35,080 nt of DNA from Chiloscyllium plagiosum. Taxonomy: Eukaryota. The stretch is from NCBI RefSeq assembly GCF_004010195.1, contig NC_057752.1, positions 6,897,474 to 6,932,553 of the forward strand. Direction: 5' to 3'. The translations under genes were made by a program, and so were the position numbers. The notes below the pieces were generated by a model. It searched no databases. It worked only from the letters and a program-made list of their open reading frames with translations, and was not told the DNA's origin. Shown here piece after piece: positions 34,675 through 35,080 of this stretch; position 1 is the stretch's first letter; each line of letters begins with the position of its first letter.

Positions 34675-35080
34675 GTTGGTGCTGGAGCCTACCAGGGAGA
34701 AGGCAATTCTGGATCTGATATTGTGCAACAAACCAGAATTGATCAGGGACCTCGAAGTGAAGGAGCCATTGGGAAATAGTGACCATAATACAATAAGCTT
34801 CAATCTGCAATTTGAGAGGGAGAGGGTACAATCGGAAGTGACAATATTTCTGTTGAATAAAGCTCTGAGGGAGGAGCTGGCCAAAGTTCAATAGTGCAAT
34901 ACCTTAACAGGGATGACAGTGGAGGAACAATGGCAGATATTTCTGTGTATAATGCAGAAGATGCAGGATCAGTGCATTCCAAAAAGGAAGAAAGATCCTA
35001 GGAAGAGGCATGGGTGGCCGTGGCTGACGAGGGAAGTTAAGAAACATATAAAGTTAAAAGAGAAAAAATATAACATAGCA
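34656..35080 (+). mobile_element. CR1 LINE endonuclease/tether fragment, running off the window
   Basis: GFLEQLVLEPTREKAILDLILCN..LEVKEPLGNSDHNTISF. Confidence 0.9.

Overview
Eukaryotic, repeat-dense DNA from a vertebrate, very probably a shark (inferred from HE1/V-SINE-like, DeuSINE-like, CR1 and shark-type Penelope repeats). It holds one protein-coding gene, sulfite oxidase (SUOX), on the minus strand. Three coding exons (22387-22332, 13474-13282, 12802-11315) splice in frame through GT-AG introns to give 578 aa. A CpG-rich, NRF1/CRE-type promoter with a probable non-coding first exon lies at about 26600-26760, and a poly(A) signal at 10653-10658. Most of the rest is decayed transposons, and nearly all other listed ORFs are spurious or retroelement remnants. 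Highlights: (i) a dense set of minimal type-I hammerhead ribozyme motifs (CUGANGA-A-stem II-GAAA plus a palindromic stem III) from at least three Penelope-associated families, often in inverted-repeat insertions, including a near-perfect 172-bp palindrome; (ii) a CpG-rich 321-bp Mutator/foldback-like MITE with an exact 9-bp target-site duplication (TSD); (iii) a 1.4-kb same-orientation cluster of about 8 tRNA-like units in SUOX intron 2; (iv) several templated or duplicated junctions. Repeat family names come from motif recognition, not from database searches.
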